Assembly (NCBI GenBank): GCA_963823665.1
Contig: CAWGMQ010000011.1
Coordinates: 352,001 to 416,000 of the forward strand
Source of the DNA: an uncultured Planctomycetota bacterium
Lineage (GTDB): Bacteria > Planctomycetota > Planctomycetia > Isosphaerales > Isosphaeraceae
Length of the DNA stretch: 64,000 nt
Direction of reading: 5' to 3'
The notes below the pieces were generated by a model that worked only from the letters and a program-made list of their open reading frames with translations, made no database searches and was not told the DNA's origin. Of this stretch, positions 39,712 through 48,766 are shown one piece after another; the first letter of the stretch is position 1, and the number at the start of each line of letters is the position of its first letter. The translations under genes were made by a program, and so were the position numbers.

Positions 39712-41013
39712 ATGATGAACGGGACCACTCCGTGCACGCGGCGGCGGATCTTGGGCGGAGCCGCCGGTGCAGTCGCCTTTCCCACAATTGTCCCCAGCAC
39801 CGTCTTCGGGACCGCGCGCACGGCTCCGCCGAGCGAGCGGATCACGGTCGGTTACATCGGCTGCGGCAAGATGGCCAACGACTACCATCTTCCGGAGTTG
39901 CTCAGTTTCGGCGACGTCCAGGCGCTGGCCGTGTGTGAGGTCGACCGCACCCGTCGCGAACATGCCAAGAAGCGCGTCGAAAAGGCGTATAGCGGGAAAA
40001 CTGAGTACAAGGGATGCGAAACGTACATCGACTTCCGTGAGCTGATCGGCCGGTCGGACATCGACGCCGTGTGCATTGCCACGCCGGAGCACTGGCACGC
40101 GATTCCGGCGATCGAGGCGATGAAGGCGGGCAAGGATGTGTACTGCGAGAAACCACTCACCCTGACGCTGGCGGAGGCCAAGCGGTGCATCGACGCTGCG
40201 CGGAAGTACAACCGTGTTTTCCAAACCGGCAGCCAGCAGCGGTCGAACGTCTTCGGGCCGTTCCGCGAGGCGGTCGAGATCATCCGGAGCGGGCGGCTGG
40301 GCCAGATCCAGAGCGTGACCGTGGGCGTGGGCGGTCCGAGCAAGTGGTGCGACCTGCCCGGCGAGGACGCGGAGCTAGGCCTCGACTGGGACCGGTGGCT
40401 CGGTCCCGCGCCCATGCGACCGTACAACGCGATCCTCAGTCCCCGCGGCGTCCACAAGCACTTCCCCGACTGGCGCGGCTACCGCGAGTACGCCGGCGGC
40501 GGACACTCCGACATGGGCGCCCACCATTACGACATTGCTCAGTGGTGCCTGGGCATGGATGAATCGGGACCGGTCGAGATCATCCCGCCGCTCGATCCCA
40601 AAGCGGGCCACGGCGTGATCTACCGCTATGCCAATGGCGTGACCATGATCCACGGCGGACCCAGCGGCTGCACGTTCACCGGCAGCGAAGGAACTCTTCG
40701 GATTGACCGCGACCACCTCTCGAGCGATCCGGTAAAGATCGTGAAGGAGCCGCTCAAGAAAAGCGAGTTGCACCTGCCGTCCTCGCCGGGCCACCATCGC
40801 GATTGGATCGACTGCATTCGCTCGCGCAAGCGGCCGGTAGCCGATGTCGAGATCGGATCTCGGTCCGTGGCGATTCCAATCCTCGGCAACATCGCCTACT
40901 GGAATCATGCCGTGCTGCACTGGGATCCGAAGAAATGGGAGTTCACCGACGCCGACGCCAACAAGTGGCTCGACCGCGAGCGCCGCGACCCGTGGAAGCT
41001 GCCGACACTCTGA
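39712..41013 (+). CDS. Gfo/Idh/MocA family oxidoreductase with Tat signal
   Basis: TRRRIL, IGCG, ATPEHWH, YCEKP, QTGSQQRS, DMGAHHYD. Confidence 0.93.
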   Translation: MMNGTTPCTRRRILGGAAGAVAFPTIVPSTVFGTARTAPPSERITVGYIGCGKMANDYHLPELLSFGDVQALAVCEVDRTRREHAKKRVEKAYSGKTEYKGCETYIDFRELIGRSDIDAVCIATPEHWHAIPAIEAMKAGKDVYCEKPLTLTLAEAKRCIDAARKYNRVFQTGSQQRSNVFGPFREAVEIIRSGRLGQIQSVTVGVGGPSKWCDLPGEDAELGLDWDRWLGPAPMRPYNAILSPRGVHKHFPDWRGYREYAGGGHSDMGAHHYDIAQWCLGMDESGPVEIIPPLDPKAGHGVIYRYANGVTMIHGGPSGCTFTGSEGTLRIDRDHLSSDPVKIVKEPLKKSELHLPSSPGHHRDWIDCIRSRKRPVADVEIGSRSVAIPILGNIAYWNHAVLHWDPKKWEFTDADANKWLDRERRDPWKLPTL

Positions 41014-41060
41014 CCCAACGCTGTCGTCGTTGCGCCTGCCAACGATTGGAAGAAGCTATT

Positions 41061-41342
41061 ATGGACCCGAAGTTCAAAGCTATGGAAGTCGTCACGGTGA
41101 TCGGGGAGGACAACGCCGCTTGCACGAATCGTTGTCTAGCCGTCGGGATTGGCTTCGTGACTGGGCGGAGCGATGAATATGAGGACGGGCATCGAGACGA
41201 CGCAGTGCACTTCAATACTTTCGGGGAAACGATGGCCATCCCAGAGGGGAGCTTGGAGTCCCTGGGCAGGATCGCCGATCCAGGCGAGGTTGTAACTCGG
41301 AGCCGAGCGCATCGTGGTCGGGGAGGCGGCAGCGGAGCGTGA
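41061..41342 (+). CDS. Small protein resembling Imm31-type immunity proteins
   Basis: KFKAMEVV..GFVTGRS..AVHF..IPEGSLESLG matches the family pattern as recalled; not searched. Confidence 0.5.
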   Translation: MDPKFKAMEVVTVIGEDNAACTNRCLAVGIGFVTGRSDEYEDGHRDDAVHFNTFGETMAIPEGSLESLGRIADPGEVVTRSRAHRGRGGGSGA

Positions 41343-41452
41343 GAACATCGAGGTCAGGCTGAACGGAGTTGAACCAACTGCAAAGTCATGGAATGCTCTC
41401 GCTGGCGTGCGGATGCAAGGGGGTGCTGGGTTGCGATCTCATAACCCTAGAG

Positions 41453-42028
41453 TCAGGCGTTCGAGTCACCGCCGCGGTGATCCGATCTCAGCGGTTCGCA
41501 GTTGCTTGCAACGGTGCGAGTTGTCTTGCAGGCCATCCGGCCGAGCAATCCGCCGGTAAGAGCGACCGAGATCTGAATCAGCATGGACGGCGCGAAGAAT
41601 ATCGGGATAAGTATAAATATGATCGTATATCGAAGAATTACAGCTCGTTCGGTGAAGATAGGCCCGAACGCGAAATCCAACAGCCACTCGGGGCACCAGG
41701 TGATGCAGTAAGCGGCGTAATGGATCGACATTCCGTGCATCTGGTCGGGAATCCAGAAGTAGCACCCGCAGTGGACAAGGACGGCCAGGGCGCCAGTCAT
41801 TAGAAAGCCGATGAGAAAAGGGCGGTTCTTGCCGCGCACCGCAATGAGGCGAAGAAGCCCGAGGGCGAGGATATTCACCATGATAAAGACGCTTCCCACA
41901 GCGTGCGCCTGAGCAACGAATCGTGCGTCAGCGCTGGCCATGTCCATCAGGCGCAGGAGGCTGAAGTCGGTGGCGACGATCGCCACGATGAACATGAGCG
42001 TGAAGATCGAGAACGAGGGACGCTTCAT
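41453..42028 (-). CDS. Membrane protein with FSI.xLM N-terminal motif
   Basis: MKRPSFSIFTLMFIVAIVA; four to five hydrophobic helices. Confidence 0.75.
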   Translation of the reverse strand: MKRPSFSIFTLMFIVAIVATDFSLLRLMDMASADARFVAQAHAVGSVFIMVNILALGLLRLIAVRGKNRPFLIGFLMTGALAVLVHCGCYFWIPDQMHGMSIHYAAYCITWCPEWLLDFAFGPIFTERAVILRYTIIFILIPIFFAPSMLIQISVALTGGLLGRMACKTTRTVASNCEPLRSDHRGGDSNA

Positions 42029-42226
42029 CCATACTCCCGTAAGGTCGGCGATGGCTGGCGCTTCATAATAAGCGAGCCGCGTTGCCTCCGGTATCCGTTT
42101 GCTCGATCGGCCGAAGGCGGGAAAAAACCTTGGACGCCAACAACGTTGCGTGAGGTAGGTGGCATCAAACGGGGTAAGCGTTATAGGACGAGATTTGTCG
42201 GAACCGTTCGGTCGAACGCGCCGTGT

Positions 42227-42640
42227 TTAAATCTTCGGGGTAACGCGACACGCTGCTGGCGAGTCGGTCGCAGTGCCTTTGCTCGCCATTCCCGGCCGGA
42301 TCGTACTCAGGGGCGAGGGGTCGCCCTGGCAGACGAAGGCGCCCCAGTCAAACGGGTCAGGGTGCTTGGCCATCACCGCGAGCTGCGCCTCGCAGAGCGC
42401 TTCGGCGCGGGCCTGCCCGGCCATCAGGCGGCCACGGCCGCAGTTTCCCGGCCAGTCGCGGCGTACAGGGCTGCCAATTGGCTCAGGCTTTGAACGTGAT
42501 CCGGATGATTGTCACCCAGGGCTGCTTCAACAATCGAAGTCGCTTTGCGCAGGAGGTACTCGGCCGCATCGTAGTCGCCCTTGGCAAAGTGCATTTCTCC
42601 CAGGGTGCGAAGGGCCCGGGCTTAGTCGGGATGATGCATA
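42227..42640 (-). pseudogene. TPR + CHAT domain gene remnant
   Basis: Hand translation gives HHPD*ARALRTLGEMHFAKGDYDAAEYLLRKA..ALGDNHPDHVQSLSQLAALY (TPR, in-frame TAA), abutting the CHAT C-terminus AEALCEAQL..PFDWGAFVCQG. Confidence 0.8.
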
Positions 42641-43081
42641 GAGGCGGATAATGTCCTGGATGAGCGGCCAGATGTCCATCGACGTACCTTTGGGGGTTCG
42701 AGTCACCGAACGACCCATGCCGAATCTCGCCCCGACATGCCGTAGTCTACCAGACCCGGGATGTCCATGAGGAAGGCGATGCAGCGAGCCCGCGCCCGAC
42801 GCTTCCGCGGTTTCTTGATTTTTGCTCCCGGACCGAAAAAGTGGACTAAGCTTGACATAGACTTCCCCGATCGAATTCGACACTGATTGTCGAGGATTGC
42901 TAGGAACGGGCTGGACTTCTCATTTTTCGCAGCGAGTACGACGGTACGGGAGCCGGTGTGGCTGTCTACCGCAGAATCGTCGAACGACGTAGCGGCGCGA
43001 TCGCGGCTTGGAGCACACGCGGAGAGGGTTCTCCATTTAAAGTCAGATTGGCGGTCAAGCAACCGAACGAGGTAACACCCG

Positions 43082-43555
43082 ATGGATGAGAATGGCAAGA
43101 CGATCTCGATACTCATCGCCGACGACGACGCTGACGATCGCCTCATGGCGAAGGAGGCTCTGGAAGAGTGCCGGCTGGCCAACAATCTCGACTTCGTAGG
43201 TGACGGCGTCGAGTTGCTGGAATACCTTCGCGCCCGAGGCCGTTACGCGACCACCGGGGTGGCGAAAAGGCCGGGCTTGATCATTCTCGACCTCAATATG
43301 CCGAAGATGGACGGCCGCGAGGCGCTACGGGAGATCAAGGCAGACCCATCGTTGCGGCGAATTCCGATCGTGGTGATGACGACGTCAAAGGCAGAAGAGG
43401 ACATCTATCGCACCTACGACCTCGGCGTCAACGCGTTCATCTCGAAGCCGGTCACCTTCGAGGGCTTGGTCGACGTCATGAGGGTGATGGGGTCGTTCTG
43501 GTTCGAGGTCGTAGCGCTTCCGGCAGTGGGTGGAGCGGAGGAAAATCGTGCATGA
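43082..43555 (+). CDS. Single-domain response regulator (Rcp1-like)
   Basis: ILIADDD, ILDLNMPKMDG, VMTTS, YDLGVNAFISKP. Confidence 0.92.
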   Translation: MDENGKTISILIADDDADDRLMAKEALEECRLANNLDFVGDGVELLEYLRARGRYATTGVAKRPGLIILDLNMPKMDGREALREIKADPSLRRIPIVVMTTSKAEEDIYRTYDLGVNAFISKPVTFEGLVDVMRVMGSFWFEVVALPAVGGAEENRA

Positions 43556-43599
43556 GGCACAACCGATTCGTTTCGGGGACGCCACGTTTGGCGCGGGTC

Positions 43600-44739
43600 T
43601 TAATTGGGTGCCTTGGGGATCAACGTTTTGAGTATGCGAAGCCCCACTGCGTCGACGGCACCCAACGAACCGAGGGAGGGGCCGCCGTTGGCCAGCACGA
43701 CTACCGCGATCTTCGGTTCCTTGATGAACCCGACGAAGCTGCTAAAACCGCCGGTTCCGCCGTTGTGCCAGTACAGTTCGCGCTCTCCGCTGTCCTTGGG
43801 GAGTTTGGTGATCAACCAACCAAGGCCCATCCGCGTTCCCTTGGCCGGCCCATCCCGCCGCGGCTTCTGAGTGAGCTCCATGGCGGGACGCAGCTTCGAG
43901 TCTTTAACGCCCAGCTCGGCGGTGAGAAAGATCAGCATGTCGTCGACGGTCGAGTTGAGCGCACCGCAGCCGGCCAGTACGTCGAATGTCCAGCGGGCCG
44001 CAGGCTTGTTGCCGAACGCATATGGCTTGGCCAGACGTTTTTCTTGATCGGCGGTGAGCTTGATTCGTGTGTCGTTCATGCCGAGCGGCTCGGTGATTCG
44101 GTTTGCGATCAACTGCTCGTAGTCGACACCCGCGCAGCGCGCCAGGGCGTGGCCGAGTAAGCCAACGCCGACGTTCGAATAGTCCCACTTTGACCCAATG
44201 TCTTGCTTGGGCTTCCATTCCTTGAGGAAGTCGTAAAGGTCCTTGTCTCGATAGTTGGCGTAGGGGTTGCCTGAAGCGAGACCGCCGAACAACAGTTTCA
44301 CGGGCAAGCGCGGCAGGCCGGACGTGTGCGTTGCCAGGTCTTCCAAGGTGATCGCCCTGCCGGCGCGCGTTGCGACCTTCACGTCTGCCGGAAGGTATTG
44401 CTCGACTGGATCGTCGATGTGCAGCAAGCCCTCTTGAGCAAGTTGCGCCAGTGCGAGCGACGTGAAGACCTTGGTCCCGGAGCCGATTTCGAAGATGGTC
44501 TTGGCGTCCGGCGTCTTGTCAACTTCCAGGGCCGTTCGGCCGAAGCCGAAGACTCGTGTTTTGTCGCCCTCGAGTACGCCGATGACCACGCCGACGCTCT
44601 GTTTTTTTTCAAACAGCGGTTTAACAAGGGCTTCGGCTTGTGCGTGGATGTCGGCGGGTTTCGCCCTGGACGCGTCGCCTCCGAGCGAGGGCAAGGCGAG
44701 CGCAAAGCAGAGTCCGGGGACGGCCAGCAGCACCTTCAC
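43600..44739 (-). CDS. Serine hydrolase, beta-lactamase class C / AmpH family
   Basis: Signal peptide; FEIGSGTK (SxxK), LATHTSGL, YSN, HNGGTGG. Confidence 0.92.
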   Translation of the reverse strand: MKVLLAVPGLCFALALPSLGGDASRAKPADIHAQAEALVKPLFEKKQSVGVVIGVLEGDKTRVFGFGRTALEVDKTPDAKTIFEIGSGTKVFTSLALAQLAQEGLLHIDDPVEQYLPADVKVATRAGRAITLEDLATHTSGLPRLPVKLLFGGLASGNPYANYRDKDLYDFLKEWKPKQDIGSKWDYSNVGVGLLGHALARCAGVDYEQLIANRITEPLGMNDTRIKLTADQEKRLAKPYAFGNKPAARWTFDVLAGCGALNSTVDDMLIFLTAELGVKDSKLRPAMELTQKPRRDGPAKGTRMGLGWLITKLPKDSGERELYWHNGGTGGFSSFVGFIKEPKIAVVVLANGGPSLGSLGAVDAVGLRILKTLIPKAPN

Positions 44740-44941
44740 GGTTTTTTGCCTCAGTTCTCGATTTTACTTTGTTAGTTGTTCGTCGTTGGTTGTTAGTTAT
44801 TAAGCGAGTAATTGACATCCGCGATGCCCTGGCACGCCACAACAAATGGGCGCGGAAGATCGCCAACTCCATTTCTTCCCATGGGCAGGGTGTACATACT
44901 AGCTGTACATTTTCGGTCGGTGAGTAACGGAGATCAGCAAC

Positions 44942-45400
44942 GTGGATCGCGATGATGCGCTCAAACTGCTCAAGGGCGGGGAGAAAGGCATTGCCAAGTG
45001 GAATCAATGGCGCGAGGCAGGTGGGCAACCGCCAGACCTCCGGGACGTCGATCTCCGTCGGGCGAACCTTGGATGCGCGAACCTTGGCCGCGCCTGTCTA
45101 GTCGGCGCCAACCTGCAAGCCGCTGACTTTAGCGCCGCCAACCTCGACCACGCCGACCTTAGCGGTGCCGACCTTATCGGCGCTAACCTCCGGGGCGCTG
45201 ACTGTAGAGAAGCGACGTTCGTCGGCGCCTGGCTCCTGCTCACCACCCTGGCGGGCGCCACGCTCCGCGGCGCCGACCTCGGCCATGCCCAATGTCTATC
45301 GACAGTGTTCGCCGACGTTGACCTGTCGGAAGTCGAGGGTATAGACCACGCGATTCGCACGTACGACAAGCTTGTGCTGATCGCAAGCGAGCCACGTTGA
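44942..45400 (+). pseudogene. Pentapeptide-repeat / TIR gene remnant
   Basis: GIAKWNQWR, pentapeptide repeats (ANL/ADL), then DLSEVEG fused directly to IDHAIRTYDKLVLIASE (mid-TIR-like) and an early stop. Confidence 0.7.
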
Positions 45401-45432
45401 GCACTGACGCTTTCGTGCGAACGGCCCGGAAA

Positions 45433-46273
45433 TTATTCAAAGCACTCATTCAACACCTTCGCCAGCCTGATGCCGGCCCGGTACATTCTCTCCTTGGCCC
45501 TCGGGATGTTCTTGTTGTGGTAGTCGAGCCCAAGCTTCGTCCCCGACTTGATCCGCTCGCCCGTTAGAGGGGCCTGGTAGGCTTCCCTGGCGGCCAGCAG
45601 AGACTCCGTGGCCCCAATCCTCAACCGTGCCCGCGGGCACGTCCCGGGGGTTCTGAGGCGACGAGAGCGACGTGAGCCCTTTCAGCCAGTATTCCTCGTC
45701 CGTGCTGACTCGCTCGATCATCCCGCCATCCCACAGCGATTGCATGTTCGTGCCCCGGTCAAAGTACCGCACCTGCGTGTCGTTCCCGCCCCGGTCGTGG
45801 TTGTCCCCGACGTGCAACGGCATGTGCATATCCTCGATGCAATGGATCAGGAACCGCAGCGCGAAGCGTCGCTCCTCGACAGGCTTGGACTTGTCCTTCA
45901 CCACCTTCCGGAACTCGTTGATCTTGTCGACCACGCAGCCCTTCTTCGGATCGTCTGCTGACCACTTGGCGTCATACGCGGGTTCGTCCAAGGGAACGTC
46001 CACGTAGTGCCAGGGGGCAGTCTTGGGCAACCTCCGTCGGTTCTCATCGGCCCAGAGCGAGGCGTCTGCGATCGTCTCGTTCGGGTCGAGCAACTCCGCT
46101 AGCGCATCCCGGGCCTTCTCGGTCATGTGCTTCTTGGCGAGCCGCGAGATCACGCGGTGGCCGAGACGGCCCCATGCCCAGGCGGGGGTCGCGGACTGAA
46201 GGGCGATCAGCAGTGTCAGGAGAATGACGAGCCACGAACGGCGGTACGAGCGGTGGCGGCGGAAGCAGGCCAT
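45433..46273 (-). CDS. S1/P1 nuclease; frameshift at ~45615
   Basis: Signal then WGRLGH, WAD, WHYVD, HCIEDMHMPLH, DRGGN, continuing as WATES..AGIRLAKVLN. The usual HxxWD reads QSLWD. Confidence 0.9.
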
Positions 46274-46410
46274 GATCGGCTCCGATTGAACTCCAGGCTG
46301 CGGTGTTGAGCGCGGTCGGACGTAGGATTATCATCTTCTGATTGGGACCTCGCAAGCGGCGGGGATGGTCATCCATGGACTCGGTGCGGGGCGATTGCGG
46401 CACTGCGCAC

Positions 46411-46439
46411 TTGAAAGGCGTTACACTAGATGGTGTAAT
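46411..46439 (+). promoter_or_regulatory. Sigma70-type promoter with overlapping palindromic operator
   Basis: TTGAAA (46411)-N17-TGTAAT (46434); inverted repeat TTACAC-tagatg-GTGTAA at 46421-46438. Confidence 0.6.
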
Positions 46440-46458
46440 TATGTTCGAGTTCATTCCG

Positions 46459-46989
46459 ATGCGATGCAAGCCCAACAAGCCGACCCTTCGTGAGCGGCCT
46501 TTGCTCACGCCCAGCCAAGCGAGCGGGTTGATGGCCGTCTTCAAGATCTTGGCGAACGATACCCGGCTCCGACTCCTTCACGCCTTGGGCAAGTCGGGCG
46601 AATTGTGTGTCACCGACCTTGCCGCTGCCGTCGACATGAAGCCGCAAGCCGTTTCTAACCAGCTCCAGAAGCTGGTGGATCGCAGCATCCTTGGCTGCCG
46701 CCGGGATGGCCGCCGCATACGGTACCGCATCGTCGATCAATGCGTCATCGCCCTCCTAGATCAAGGGCTATGCCTCACCGACCGAACGTGCCAACGAGCG
46801 GCAGAGCGTTCACGCATCAGCGTGAGGACGCCCGCGGTCCGCCTTCGCCGGGGGGGTCACAACATGGAGAAGGCAGGGAGTGCTAGTATGAGCTGGTTTA
46901 TCTGTTTGGTGCTCGCACTTACGACGCAAGCAAAGGGCACGGGTTTCGCTTGCTGTGACGAACGTGACACGTGCCCGGATTGCCAATGA
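46459..46989 (+). CDS. ArsR/SmtB family regulator with Cys-rich C-terminal extension (or read-through into a small gene)
   Basis: FKILANDTRLRLL, ELCVTDLA, QAVSNQL, RRDGRRIRY. Alternative start at 46441. Confidence 0.85.
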   Translation: MRCKPNKPTLRERPLLTPSQASGLMAVFKILANDTRLRLLHALGKSGELCVTDLAAAVDMKPQAVSNQLQKLVDRSILGCRRDGRRIRYRIVDQCVIALLDQGLCLTDRTCQRAAERSRISVRTPAVRLRRGGHNMEKAGSASMSWFICLVLALTTQAKGTGFACCDERDTCPDCQ

Positions 46990-47181
46990 ACCGCAACGAT
47001 TGATCGGGCAGCGAATTCGTGCGCCACTGGATCCGTCGCTCGCTGGCGGCTGACCCAGTGCACCGTGGCCTTTCGTGACGGGTCGCGTATCAGTTCGCTA
47101 AAGTCACCGTTTTGGTTGATGTTCAACCCGGCCTCGGCATACTTGCCACTCGTTGGTCTCGAGTATGATCAAAGGCGATGC

Positions 47182-47580
47182 TCGGCGGGCCGGTTGGCTG
47201 AAGTTTGGCGTTAGCCCGCTGGGGATATGGCCGTGGCGGGCGAACTCCCGATACGCCCAGAGGCGCTATCTTCCCGCTCTTTCGAGATGATCCGCGTTTG
47301 GCTCGCAAACGAGCAGCAGCAGATCGTGCTGAACATCGGATTCTGGAAGGAGCGAGGGATCGATGAGCGCGCTGCGTGGCGCATCGTGGTCGCGAATATG
47401 GTGCACCATGTCGCCAATGCTCACGAGGCTGAGTACGGGTATAACCCACAGGAATTGGTCGCGAAGATACGTGCGGTGTTCCAGGCCGAGATGGAGTATG
47501 CGACCCCTGATCGGCTCGGTGAGTTCGTCAACGAGCATCGTGCGGAGAGCGGCTAACAAGGCGATGCAGCGGCCCGCCGA
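47182..47580 (+). mobile_element. Integron-type gene cassette remnant (attC-like arms flanking one ORF)
   Basis: GTTAGCC at 47210-47216 before the ATG; its exact complement GGCTAAC at 47551-47557 contains the stop; followed by AAGGCGATGCAGC. Confidence 0.6.
47227..47556 (+). CDS. DUF5076-like protein
   Basis: ELPIRP..EMIRVW..AAWRIVVANMVHHVANA pattern; 109 aa. Confidence 0.7.
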   Translation: MAVAGELPIRPEALSSRSFEMIRVWLANEQQQIVLNIGFWKERGIDERAAWRIVVANMVHHVANAHEAEYGYNPQELVAKIRAVFQAEMEYATPDRLGEFVNEHRAESG

Positions 47581-47876
47581 TCGGCGGCAGTTGGGTGTCT
47601 GAGACTCGCTTGACTCGGGTCGGATGTCATCTCGAAGCTCCTTGTCCGCCTGGCTCAATGGCCGGTTCAGGCGGCGCGCGTAAAAAAACCCGAGCACGCG
47701 ACAAGAATCGCGCGACGGGGCCACCATAGCCGTCCTTCCATCGCTCATCGGGAGCGCTGCTAATATTGCGATAACGGCATGACGCATGAGGGTCAAGCCG
47801 CAATCGTCGCCGCGACAGTATCAGCCATCGAGAACCAGTAATTGGTGTGGCCGGGTTCGCCCCCACGCGCCCCCCT

Positions 47877-48658
47877 TCAAACAGGGGGAACGGGAGCGCT
47901 GCCGCTGCCCAAAGCGCGCAGCGAAAACGGGAGCAAAGCACCGGCGCCGTGACGGCGTTTTTTCACTACCCCAGTCGCATGCCGCCAGCCGAAGAGTGCG
48001 ACGCTGATCGCCCCGATGCCCAGGAGTACCGCGGTCGAAGGCTCGGGGACGACTTGACCGGAGATCGTGAAGGCCAGGTCGGCAGGCAGAGTCCCCAGCA
48101 CGGTGCTCGCGGGCACGGCGGTCATTGCACCTGGGACCAGGCCGCCTCCGGGGTTCTGGATGTAGAACTCACTCCCGATGGGGTTCCCGTAGTCGGTCAG
48201 GGACCAGAACCACTGGCCGCCGGTCGGGAGTCGGGGCGGACGACCCAGGCGGTGATCCAGTACGTTCCCGGAGCCAAGTTGATATTGAGGCCCGTGAAGT
48301 TCAGGTTGCCGCTGGAGTCTTCCGTGCCTGTATAGATCGGGGCCGTCATGTTTCCGAAGCTGGGCAGGCTGGTGGACTGGAACTGGAGGTTGACCGCGAT
48401 GTTTTGGGTGGGGTCGCCCTGCTCCTGCCCGTAGATGGTGACCGCCTGCACCAGCCACCCAGCCCCGGTGACCGTCACGTCATCGAACGATTGGGTGGAA
48501 AAGTTCGTGAAATCCGGAAAGACCTGCGAGGGGGCGCCCGGGCTGGTCCCGTCATAGGGCTGGCTATAGAGGACCCCGGCCTGGGCCGTCGCGGGCACGG
48601 TCAAGAGACCGGCGACCGCCGCCAGCGTCAGAAGTCCCCGGATTGGTCTGAATCTCAT
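47877..48658 (-). CDS. PEP-CTERM sorting domain protein; frameshift at ~48220
   Basis: Signal MRFR..AQA; C-terminal VPEPSTAVLLGIGAISVALFGWRH in the second frame. Confidence 0.88.
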
Positions 48659-48766
48659 CAGTGCACTCCTCATTCAAGGTGGTTGGTCATCAGCAGCGAA
48701 ATCGGGCGGGTCGATGCGTCGGCTCCGAGCGGCCCGCCAAGGGTTTGATCGGCGCGGTCGAACCTA

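Noticed and set aside
43600..44739. Antibiotic-resistance beta-lactamase
   Set aside because: The motifs fit the broad serine hydrolase/carboxypeptidase family (HNG rather than KTG); resistance cannot be inferred.
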